Source of the DNA: a virus
Direction: 5' to 3' (one strand)
Virus record (IMG/VR): IMGVR_UViG_3300025133_000027
Span: 32,001 to 96,000 of that record
DNA: 64,000 nucleotides
In this document: piece by piece, positions 18,218 to 26,560 of the stretch
Position numbering within the stretch: position 1 is the stretch's first letter
Layout: each line of letters opens with the position of its first letter
Notes under the pieces: generated by a model
Databases searched by the model: none
The model's input: only the letters and a program-made list of their open reading frames with translations
What the model was told of the DNA's origin: nothing
Program-made: the position numbers and the translations under genes

Positions 18218-20074
18218 ATGCTGACGACCATCAACGATAACAGTCAAGAGAAATATGCTGAAATTCACAAGGAGGAACTTGATAGCTTCTTACCTTATTG
18301 TCAAGAAGAATTAGGTTTTAAGAAACCTGTCAGTATTAACTTTGAATCAGACGAAAACAACTCTAAAGAATTATTTGGCAAAACTGCTTTTTATAATCCA
18401 AAAGAGATGTCAATTACTATTTATACTAGTAAAAGGCATCCTAAAGATGTTTTTAGATCAATGGCTCATGAGTTAGTTCACCACTGCCAGAATTGTGATG
18501 GACGGTTCGACAACATGACAATGGAAGATGGATACGCACAAGATAATAAACACTTGCGCGACATGGAGAAGGACGCCTATCTAAGAGGCAATCTATTACT
18601 AAGGGATTTCGAGGACCAACAAAAAATGAAAAATAACAAAGACTTAAAAATTGAACAAAAGATCAACAGCTCTCTCGCTGTATTACTTGCCGAAGCTGTT
18701 ACTCAGAGTATGGGTAATGACGATATGTATAAAGATCAAGCACCTGCTCCAGAGCTTGGAAGTGTTGCACCTAAATGGCGCAAGTGCTCTGGAACTTTAA
18801 GAACTGGTTGCAGAGGTCGTAATGTTGAAGATCTTCAGATAAGATTACAAAAACTTGATTATCTAACAAAAGAAGATATCGATGGTCACTTTGGCCGTGA
18901 TACAACAATCGGAGTTAAAGGTCTACAGATTGATAACGATGTTCCTCAAGATCAAGTTGATGGAGTTTTTGGAAAAAATACCCTAGCACTTCTAAAGAAA
19001 CTAGAAGGAATTCGTGGGGTAGATGCTAACGACAGAATTGCTCGTGCTGATATCGGTGGAGCCGAAGCCTCTGCAATGAATTCTATGTCTAAGCTTGGCA
19101 GGAATGCAAAAGCTCCCAGCAGTGTTCCAGCTAGTCCAAATCCTAGTTCCAGAGTTGACCTTAGCAGGACCGCCAGTGGCGGTAGACCAATGGATGTTCA
19201 ACTAGATGACAATCCAAATCTTCGTGAGTCAAAAGAAAGAGTTCGTGGCTTGATTCAAAAGAAGCCAATGGATGCATTAAGGATTTTAAATTCATTTGCT
19301 AAAAAAGGTGGTATCGAGAGGGATGAGTTAAATTATGCTCAAAAATTAATAGAAAAGCACGGGAAGCAGGTCTTGAGGCAATTCCCGAACCTACGAACTG
19401 CTTTAAAGAATAAAATTGGTAAGCCAGAAAACTATACGAAATTTAAACCATCAGATAAGATTCCAAAAGATGGCACTAGAGGACCAACCTCTGGCAAGTC
19501 TAGCATTGATACAGATGGCACTAGAGGACCAACCTCTGGCAAGTCTAGTGAGCTACCAGCCAGCCGTCCTCCTAAGGCTTCTCCTGATAGAAAGAAATCT
19601 AAGTGGCGCAAGTGTTCTAAAAATTATAAAAGAGGATGCAGCGGAGATATGGTTAAAACCATTCAGAGCCACCTTGGTTTTAAAGAAGAAGACATTGACG
19701 GTAAATTTGGCGGGGTTACTAAGAGAGCTGTTGTTAAGTTTCAAGAAAAACATGGTCTTAAAACTGATGGTATTGTAGGTGAAAAGACCTATAAAAAATT
19801 GAGTCAAATAGCTTTAGCAGGTAAACCAAAGGCGAGTCCAAAGGATAAACCAAAATCCTTACCGAAAAAGCCTGCTCCAAAGAAGAGACCAAATTCCTCA
19901 CCAGAAGCCCCTCCAAGATCTGGGCCGGGAGGGGGTATTCGCCGTAATGGAGTGCCACTACCACCGGCGAATGAGGAAAAACACCCAGTTGGAAACGGAC
20001 CTAGACCAGTAAATGAAAACCAGAATTTCTTAAAGAGTAGGTTTACTCGCCTATTGAAAACAGAAAGATCATAA
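18218..20074 (+). CDS. Zincin-like metallopeptidase + two PG-binding domains + Pro/Lys-rich linkers
   Basis: RSMAHELVHH...MEKDAY; DIDGHFGRDT/VDGVFGKNT; DIDGKFGGVT/TDGIVGEKT. Start moved to ATG 18218. Confidence 0.7.
   Translation: MLTTINDNSQEKYAEIHKEELDSFLPYCQEELGFKKPVSINFESDENNSKELFGKTAFYNPKEMSITIYTSKRHPKDVFRSMAHELVHHCQNCDGRFDNMTMEDGYAQDNKHLRDMEKDAYLRGNLLLRDFEDQQKMKNNKDLKIEQKINSSLAVLLAEAVTQSMGNDDMYKDQAPAPELGSVAPKWRKCSGTLRTGCRGRNVEDLQIRLQKLDYLTKEDIDGHFGRDTTIGVKGLQIDNDVPQDQVDGVFGKNTLALLKKLEGIRGVDANDRIARADIGGAEASAMNSMSKLGRNAKAPSSVPASPNPSSRVDLSRTASGGRPMDVQLDDNPNLRESKERVRGLIQKKPMDALRILNSFAKKGGIERDELNYAQKLIEKHGKQVLRQFPNLRTALKNKIGKPENYTKFKPSDKIPKDGTRGPTSGKSSIDTDGTRGPTSGKSSELPASRPPKASPDRKKSKWRKCSKNYKRGCSGDMVKTIQSHLGFKEEDIDGKFGGVTKRAVVKFQEKHGLKTDGIVGEKTYKKLSQIALAGKPKASPKDKPKSLPKKPAPKKRPNSSPEAPPRSGPGGGIRRNGVPLPPANEEKHPVGNGPRPVNENQNFLKSRFTRLLKTERS
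19468..19548 (+). repeat. Two exact 36-bp direct repeats with 45-bp period (in frame)
   Basis: agatggcactagaggaccaacctctggcaagtctag at 19468-19503 and 19513-19548; encodes DGTRGPTSGKSS twice. Confidence 0.95.
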
Positions 20075-20084
20075 GGGACTATTA

Positions 20085-22235
20085 ATGAAAGTTATTATAC
20101 ACGAAAGAAAAGTGAAACCTGATGACGAGCTTCTTTTAGAGTGGGAGTGGTCTGACGTTTATGATTTTGCATCAACAGCAGGTCATTTTGCTCTTGATAT
20201 TGGAGGCTTGGCTCCTGGGGCTGGGATGTTTATTGATGGAGCAAACGCAGCTTGGTATGCCGCAGAAGGAGATTGGCTAATGGCGGGCATGTCTATCGCT
20301 GCTGCCCTCCCAGTTTTTGGCTGGGGAGCTGCTGCGATTAAACTTACCGGCAAGGGTGTTGCTGTACCTTTTAAGATTGTGCGTCAATTTGCAAAAGATG
20401 CTAAGATTTTTAATAAAGCTGTTGATAAATTTGCCAAAACAGCCGGTCTTGGTAAGGATGTCGCTAAAAAAATAAAAGACGCAGTTGCTGCTAAAATGTC
20501 AGGGAAAGCTATCAAGCCCGCTGGTAAGCTTGTCCCTTCTTCTGTTGGAAAGGAAGCAGCAAGTGTTGCAAAGAAAGAAATCAAAGAGATTAAGAAACTT
20601 TTTGATGGTGTTGTCGAGAAAATCCCTCTCCCTGACAGCTTAAAAAAAGAGTATATAAAAAGAGTTCTTGAACTAAAAAAACTAAACCTTAAATTAGATG
20701 GTCTTAAAGGCACGAAAAATTCTGCCGCAATTAGTAAGTTAACAAAAAAGATTAAAGACAAAGAAAAGGTTTTAGTTGGTTCAATGAAAAAAAATCAACT
20801 AAAAGCTGCGGATATAAAGAAAATCCTAAATTATTCTAAGGCCGGTATCAAGGCCGGCGCAAAGACGGCTGGTGACGCATCTATAAAGACTGCTGCGAAG
20901 ACTGCTGCAAAATCTGCTAAAGATGCTGCAAAGGCCGGTGCAAAGACTGCTGCTAAGGCGGCTGAAGATGCTGCGATAAAAATCAAGGATGGGCTTATTA
21001 AGTATAAAGGCAAATTACCAACAATAGATGCTGCGATAAAGAAACGTATTTTTACTTTCGTAAGAAAAACAGCTGTAAAGTCTATAAGTTTTCAAATTGA
21101 TTACCAAAGGCTCAAAGATGAGCTTGATAAAACAGGTATTACAAAATTACTAGAAGAATTAGAGATTATCGGAGGGTTGGAAGAGATCTATAATGATATC
21201 AAGGAATGGGCTTGCTCTAATTATTCGGGTTTCTTCTTTTGCGATGATTCACAAAAGGATGTTCCACCGTCTGTTGATGATGACCCCGAGAAAAAAGACC
21301 CTACTCCAGGCCCGAAAAAGTCCCCTAGGTGCGATAATAACTATTTAGAAAAAGGTTGCCGAGGTAATAGAGTTAAAACCCTCCAGCGTGTTCTTATCCA
21401 TCTTGAAGGGCCACTAACTGTCGGTCGTCGTCGCGCAGATGGAATATTTGGTGTACAAACCAAGAACGGAGTTGAAAACTTTCAAAGAAAACACGATCTA
21501 AAGGTCGATGGTATTGCAGGTCCGCGCACTTTTAAAAAGATAATTGAGTTAATTGAAACAAAACGTAATAATGATGGTAAAACCACAAAGATTAAAAATC
21601 CCGAAGCAGAGTTCGAAAAAGGAGTTGCTGGATTATCTGATAAAGAAGTAGCATCTGCTGTAGGTTCCGATGGCGATATTGAACAAGAAACTAGTAAGGG
21701 CTCAAAAAGTCCCTATTGGATGTCAAATGAATGGACTAGATTGAAGCGTTTTGACCAAAAAGGTCCCCAAGGACAGCGATTAAAGAAGAAATTGATTGCA
21801 CAAGGCTGGGCATCTACGGTAAACGAAAATGTATCTAACGACCTTAATATGGCAATCAAAAGCATTAAAAGCGCTTCGGAAAAGCTTCGTAAGAAAGACC
21901 AATCGGCCCAATCTTCTGTTGATGAGAAAATAAGTAGTTTAAAACTTGGTTCCCGTGATCCGAAAGTGAAAGAATTTCAAAAGCTTCTTGGTATTACCCC
22001 ATCTGGTGTTTTTGACTCAAAGACAAAGGCTGCTGTTGAGAAATTTCAGCAAAAACACGGCCTTGAAGTTGATGGGGAAGTCGGAAGTCTAACATTTGAT
22101 AAAATTCAAAAGGCAAGTGACCTAAGATCCTCGATTCAAGAGAATAAGGTTCATAAGAACTTTCACTATAATATTATTCAAGAAAAAATGCTAAGATTGA
22201 ACAGAGAATTAATGAAAGAATACAAAAAGGGATAA
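20085..22235 (+). CDS. Pre-toxin-TG-like domain + Ala/Lys-rich region + two PG-binding domains
   Basis: LDIGGLAPGAGMFIDGANAAWYAAEGDWLMAGMSIAAALP; KTAAK repeats; ADGIFGVQT/VDGIAGPRT; FQQKHGLEVDGEVGSLT. Confidence 0.7.
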   Translation: MKVIIHERKVKPDDELLLEWEWSDVYDFASTAGHFALDIGGLAPGAGMFIDGANAAWYAAEGDWLMAGMSIAAALPVFGWGAAAIKLTGKGVAVPFKIVRQFAKDAKIFNKAVDKFAKTAGLGKDVAKKIKDAVAAKMSGKAIKPAGKLVPSSVGKEAASVAKKEIKEIKKLFDGVVEKIPLPDSLKKEYIKRVLELKKLNLKLDGLKGTKNSAAISKLTKKIKDKEKVLVGSMKKNQLKAADIKKILNYSKAGIKAGAKTAGDASIKTAAKTAAKSAKDAAKAGAKTAAKAAEDAAIKIKDGLIKYKGKLPTIDAAIKKRIFTFVRKTAVKSISFQIDYQRLKDELDKTGITKLLEELEIIGGLEEIYNDIKEWACSNYSGFFFCDDSQKDVPPSVDDDPEKKDPTPGPKKSPRCDNNYLEKGCRGNRVKTLQRVLIHLEGPLTVGRRRADGIFGVQTKNGVENFQRKHDLKVDGIAGPRTFKKIIELIETKRNNDGKTTKIKNPEAEFEKGVAGLSDKEVASAVGSDGDIEQETSKGSKSPYWMSNEWTRLKRFDQKGPQGQRLKKKLIAQGWASTVNENVSNDLNMAIKSIKSASEKLRKKDQSAQSSVDEKISSLKLGSRDPKVKEFQKLLGITPSGVFDSKTKAAVEKFQQKHGLEVDGEVGSLTFDKIQKASDLRSSIQENKVHKNFHYNIIQEKMLRLNRELMKEYKKG

Positions 22236-22236
22236 T

Positions 22237-22590
22237 ATGAGATCTAAATTAAGAAAATTTGTTAAAATACTTGCAGAACAAGCTAATGATAAACTTACAG
22301 ACGATAACGTCGAGTATTACATTGAGCAGTATAATAAATCCGGTAAGATCAAAACTACTCATGGTAGTAAATCACCAAAAAAAGCTAAAACTGTGCAAAA
22401 AAAGATTATTAAGCCCAAACCACCAGTAGAAGTGGTAAAAGAAGTCGAAACAAGGCCATTAATTGATGAAATGACCTATGTTGAACTTAGAAAACTAGCC
22501 AAGGAGCTAGGTATGAAGAGAATTGGTCGAACTGGCAAAATGAAACTGATTGGTCTTATCAAAAAGGAGTATGACAGTAGATCTGTCTAA
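22237..22590 (+). CDS. Small protein with Rho-N/HeH-like nucleic-acid-binding domain
   Basis: C-terminal IDEMTYVELRKLAKELGM...KMKLIGLI. Confidence 0.6.
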   Translation: MRSKLRKFVKILAEQANDKLTDDNVEYYIEQYNKSGKIKTTHGSKSPKKAKTVQKKIIKPKPPVEVVKEVETRPLIDEMTYVELRKLAKELGMKRIGRTGKMKLIGLIKKEYDSRSV

Positions 22591-22592
22591 TC

Positions 22593-24650
22593 ATGGATAA
22601 ACATATACTACATATATACGAAAACCCCTTCTTAACCATGTTCGAGTTAAAGAAGATGCTTTCAGATTTATGTTATGGAAGGATCCTTTTTACTGAGAAG
22701 TTCGATGGACAGAACTTATTGCTATCTTATTCCACGAGAGACTCCTCAGTCCGTATTGCACGCAGTAATACCCACTTAAAAGCTTCAGGAATCGATCCAG
22801 AAGCTTTTAAAGCCCTATATGTGTCAAAACCACACGATTATCAGCGTATTGTTGACTCATTTGTCGATTCTGCACTAGAATTCGAGAAATTCGCTAAAAG
22901 CCTACCTATTAGAGAGCAAATTGAGCTATTTGGACAAGATAACGTCGGAAACCCTACTATCTTCTGGAATTTTGAGGTAATTAACCCTTCTGTCATCAAT
23001 CTGTTGCCATATGATGGTAGTAAGTATCTAATTCTGCATAAAACAGGCCATAAACAGACCACAGACGGCAATAAACTCGTTAAATTCTTTGTAAATGACC
23101 GTTATTACCAAAAAATGCTTAAAAAAGTGGGTATTTTCATCAAAAATAGCGAAAATACACCTTTAAAAGTTAATGAAATGCTTGATTTTAGTGAAAATAA
23201 CACTAAAAGTGCCCTAGATATGTTCCTAAATAGGCTAAAAGTGCTCCAAAATAAGCTCAAATTGGCCGAAAAAAGCACTATTTTGGAGTATTTAATAGCT
23301 ATTTTAACCCCTAAAATACAAGATGAATTCCAAATAACGCCCGAAAAGCACAAACTTATTATCAAAAGAATCATCGCAGACGCCAATCATGGCCAATATA
23401 TAACGAAACCAAAGCTTTCAGAGATCGTTTTAAACGTATCTTTGGAAGATAAGAACGATATTAAGAAGTTTTTGAGGAGTGAGAAGCCTAGAGAGTACTT
23501 TAATGACGCAATTAGGCCTCTTGAGCTCTTAATTCATGAATTTAGTGTATCTTTGCTTCAAACACTAGAAAGTCAAGTAGCAACTAATAGTCCTGAATTT
23601 AACTCTGATTTACAGCAGAAAATGAAGGAATTTGTTAAAAAACCACCTGTTGACCTTCCAAATTCATATAATAGACATATTGAGAAGATTGGTAACTTAA
23701 AAGACATCAATATCAAGCTTGAGGGCGTAGTATTCGAGTTTGATGGTCATGTATACAAATTAACAGGTAATTTTGCTCCTATTAACCAATTATTGGGTTA
23801 TCAGAAGTATAGAAAGACCTTTCAAGCTCCTACTAAAGAAGAGCTTGACTTTGAAGTTAAGAATCTTCAAGGAAAACTAGCTATTATCCCTGGTGGCTTT
23901 AAACCACCTCATAAGGGACATGTAGCCATGATTAAGCACTATCTCTCCAAAGGAGGAGCTGAGAAGGTCTTAATGTTCATGGGTAAGAAACCTAGGCCAG
24001 TAAAACACCCTGATACCCACGAAGTAGTCGATCAGATTGATTTTATGAAGGCTAAAAAGATATGGGACATATATTTAAGCAATGAAAACCTATCTCATAG
24101 GGTTAAAATCGTAGAATCAAGCGATAAAGGGCCTTTATATGATGCTTATAAATATATTGAGACAGAATCACAGTCTGGTGACTATATAATACTAGGACTC
24201 TCTGAGAAAGATCCTGAGAGATTTAAAGGTGTCAATAAGATCAAACCAAAGGGTGTTACCATACAAACAGATAATTTTAGCCCATTTAAGACATTTGCAG
24301 GCTCGAAAGTAGGAATCTCAGCTATTGATTTCAGAGATGCTATTGCGGTACAAGATAAGAAAGAAATTTTAAACTTTATACCAATTAGCTCTCATAAAGA
24401 CATGAATAAGATCTTTAAGGTTTTATTTACTAAATCTAAGGTTGAAGTTAAAAAAAAACCCAAACAAGAAAGTCTTTTGGAGTCTATTTTGGTTAGAATC
24501 ATGAAAGATATAGCCCTAGACGAGATGTCAAGCATGAGTGGGGGAGCTGTCGAAGGTTCTCCTGCTGGTGCTTGGGATAAACCTAAAGAGCCCATTAAGT
24601 TAGATGGGTATACAAAAATAATTGAGAGTATGATAAAAGATCTATTATAG
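22593..24650 (+). CDS. RNA-ligase-like domain fused to HIGH-class (cytidylyltransferase-like) nucleotidyltransferase
   Basis: TEKFDGQN (KxDG), EGVVF, YKLTG; then PGGFKPPHKGH (HxGH) and ISAIDFRDAI. Confidence 0.7.
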   Translation: MDKHILHIYENPFLTMFELKKMLSDLCYGRILFTEKFDGQNLLLSYSTRDSSVRIARSNTHLKASGIDPEAFKALYVSKPHDYQRIVDSFVDSALEFEKFAKSLPIREQIELFGQDNVGNPTIFWNFEVINPSVINLLPYDGSKYLILHKTGHKQTTDGNKLVKFFVNDRYYQKMLKKVGIFIKNSENTPLKVNEMLDFSENNTKSALDMFLNRLKVLQNKLKLAEKSTILEYLIAILTPKIQDEFQITPEKHKLIIKRIIADANHGQYITKPKLSEIVLNVSLEDKNDIKKFLRSEKPREYFNDAIRPLELLIHEFSVSLLQTLESQVATNSPEFNSDLQQKMKEFVKKPPVDLPNSYNRHIEKIGNLKDINIKLEGVVFEFDGHVYKLTGNFAPINQLLGYQKYRKTFQAPTKEELDFEVKNLQGKLAIIPGGFKPPHKGHVAMIKHYLSKGGAEKVLMFMGKKPRPVKHPDTHEVVDQIDFMKAKKIWDIYLSNENLSHRVKIVESSDKGPLYDAYKYIETESQSGDYIILGLSEKDPERFKGVNKIKPKGVTIQTDNFSPFKTFAGSKVGISAIDFRDAIAVQDKKEILNFIPISSHKDMNKIFKVLFTKSKVEVKKKPKQESLLESILVRIMKDIALDEMSSMSGGAVEGSPAGAWDKPKEPIKLDGYTKIIESMIKDLL

Positions 24651-24692
24651 ATTCTATATAGAAGAGTATATAGTATATAGGAAAGAATAAAT

Positions 24693-25628
24693 ATGAATAA
24701 TATAGAAGAAAGAGTACTTAGAACATATCTTAGAAAGAAGATTCTAAAAGAACTAAATAATAAGACATTTAGTGAAATAGAAGCTAGAAATAAAGAGAAT
24801 TTCATAAGAGATCATATAAAGGTCTTATTAGAAGAAGTAGGAACGGTACAAGGTAGATCTACTGGTATCAATGTGCTTGCTAACGTTCTAAAACAAATTA
24901 TTCCTATTGTAAAACAAGCTTATGAGCTTCTTACTACTTCTGATGAACAAAGAAAAAGTTTTAGAGCTCACATTATTCAGAACTCTATTAATACTCTAAT
25001 GAAAGTTGATGTATTATCGCCAAATACTGATGGTGGAGACCTTACCGAGCCTGTTAACCCTGAATTAGATCAGGAACCAGAGCTTCCTGAAGAAATGCCT
25101 CAAGAGACAACCCCTGAGCAAGATTTTGAAGTAGATAGTGATGAAGTAGATATTGTGGGAGGTATTGAAGATGAAGAACAGTCACTTCAGGAAGCTGCTA
25201 GCGTAGTTGTAGACCCTGATAACAATGTTCCCAATGTTGATGAGTCTGATGAAAGATTCATTGATATTGATAACTCTCAGAAAAAAATCGATGATAAGGG
25301 AAAACCAAAGGCTGATAAAATTGAGTTTGTTGATATTCAAGGAATGGATCAAACTGGTAAAGAACTTTCTCAGAAGACTATGGCTAAAATTCAAAAACAA
25401 ATTGCTGAAGCTTATGGTATGCTTTCACATATTGAAGATAGAAACCAATTTGCTGAGTATCTTGTTGCTAACCTAAAGCTTTATTTTGACCAATTTGACC
25501 AAGAAAACAATCCTGCTATTCCAGAACCACAATCTGATCAATATGACCAGATTAAATCAAGAACACAAGAACTCTCAGGCATGAATGAAAACATCGTGTT
25601 TGCAAAACTTATGAAGGCAATTGTTTGA
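24693..25628 (+). CDS. Acidic putative head/scaffold-like protein
   Basis: 311 aa with a Glu/Asp/Pro-rich middle and several LxE-type motifs. Confidence 0.5.
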   Translation: MNNIEERVLRTYLRKKILKELNNKTFSEIEARNKENFIRDHIKVLLEEVGTVQGRSTGINVLANVLKQIIPIVKQAYELLTTSDEQRKSFRAHIIQNSINTLMKVDVLSPNTDGGDLTEPVNPELDQEPELPEEMPQETTPEQDFEVDSDEVDIVGGIEDEEQSLQEAASVVVDPDNNVPNVDESDERFIDIDNSQKKIDDKGKPKADKIEFVDIQGMDQTGKELSQKTMAKIQKQIAEAYGMLSHIEDRNQFAEYLVANLKLYFDQFDQENNPAIPEPQSDQYDQIKSRTQELSGMNENIVFAKLMKAIV

Positions 25629-26014
25629 ATAGTTTAATCGAAGAATTAAAGAATAAGGGACGTGTTGACAGTAATACTGTAGATATGATTTCATCTCTTA
25701 GCTTCGAGGAATTAATTGGAATAAAGATAGAGACAGTAGCTGCATTAGCTTGTGGAAAAGTATATGGGTTTAGATTAGCTCAGATACTTCCAAAAGTAAC
25801 TAAAGATGCAGTAATGAATTATATTGTTAGACAAAACATTACAAACAGAGCAGGCGGAATGCTCAGTGGATATAATGAGAATTATATCTCAAAGTATAAG
25901 AGCTTAATAAGAAAGCTTGAAAAGAACCCACATGAATCTCTATATGATTTAAACTGGGATCTAAATCCCTCAGTTGTAAAAGATGATCACCCGGTAGAGT
26001 CTGATGAAGCTTAA
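25625..26014 (+). CDS. Hypothetical protein
   Basis: 129-aa ORF coupled to neighbours. Confidence 0.55.
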   Translation: MNSLIEELKNKGRVDSNTVDMISSLSFEELIGIKIETVAALACGKVYGFRLAQILPKVTKDAVMNYIVRQNITNRAGGMLSGYNENYISKYKSLIRKLEKNPHESLYDLNWDLNPSVVKDDHPVESDEA

Positions 26015-26264
26015 GATTGGTAAATTCTATTTAATAAATGGGTTTAGAGTGTTTGAAACGAGGTGTAATTCATTTACAGATTCAATTTATTTAATACCAG
26101 AAAATCAGAATATATCAGAAAAAGCAATCTTTTATCTAGGAAAGACAGTAAGAGGCGACTCTAAGGAATATCATGAGTTTTACTATAAAAGTAAAATTAT
26201 GTTATTATCTGCTAGTTATGAAGGCAGGATAAGGAGCTTTGATGATTCCAATAGGACTAAATAG
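26004..26264 (+). CDS. Hypothetical protein
   Basis: 86-aa ORF overlapping neighbours in an operon-like array. Confidence 0.5.
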   Translation: MKLKIGKFYLINGFRVFETRCNSFTDSIYLIPENQNISEKAIFYLGKTVRGDSKEYHEFYYKSKIMLLSASYEGRIRSFDDSNRTK

Positions 26265-26559
26265 ATTCATAGTTGAAGTTAATGAAATCTTGACACCCAA
26301 TAAGATTGAACTTCGCGGTCGAGAGTTTTACTTGAATAATAAGCCTACTAAGATATTTAATTATCCTGTTCATATACAAACTTTAGAATCTTCTTATAAA
26401 ATAGACCTATCAAAAAACGTTGTTTTGAACTTTCATGGTTTAAGTTACATTTTGTTTATGCAACTTTGCAGAAAGGTATATTTATTAGAGAACGAAGATG
26501 ATTACAAACTTCTTAGATTTAATAAATGGTTAAGAAGAATTTTATCTATGGAGAAATAA
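26239..26559 (+). CDS. Hypothetical protein
   Basis: 106 aa, AAGGAG SD. Confidence 0.5.
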   Translation: MMIPIGLNRFIVEVNEILTPNKIELRGREFYLNNKPTKIFNYPVHIQTLESSYKIDLSKNVVLNFHGLSYILFMQLCRKVYLLENEDDYKLLRFNKWLRRILSMEK

Positions 26560-26560
26560 A

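Noticed and set aside
19468-19548. Mini-CRISPR array (36-bp repeats)
   Set aside because: Only two copies with a 9-bp spacer, in frame within a CDS; no cas operon.
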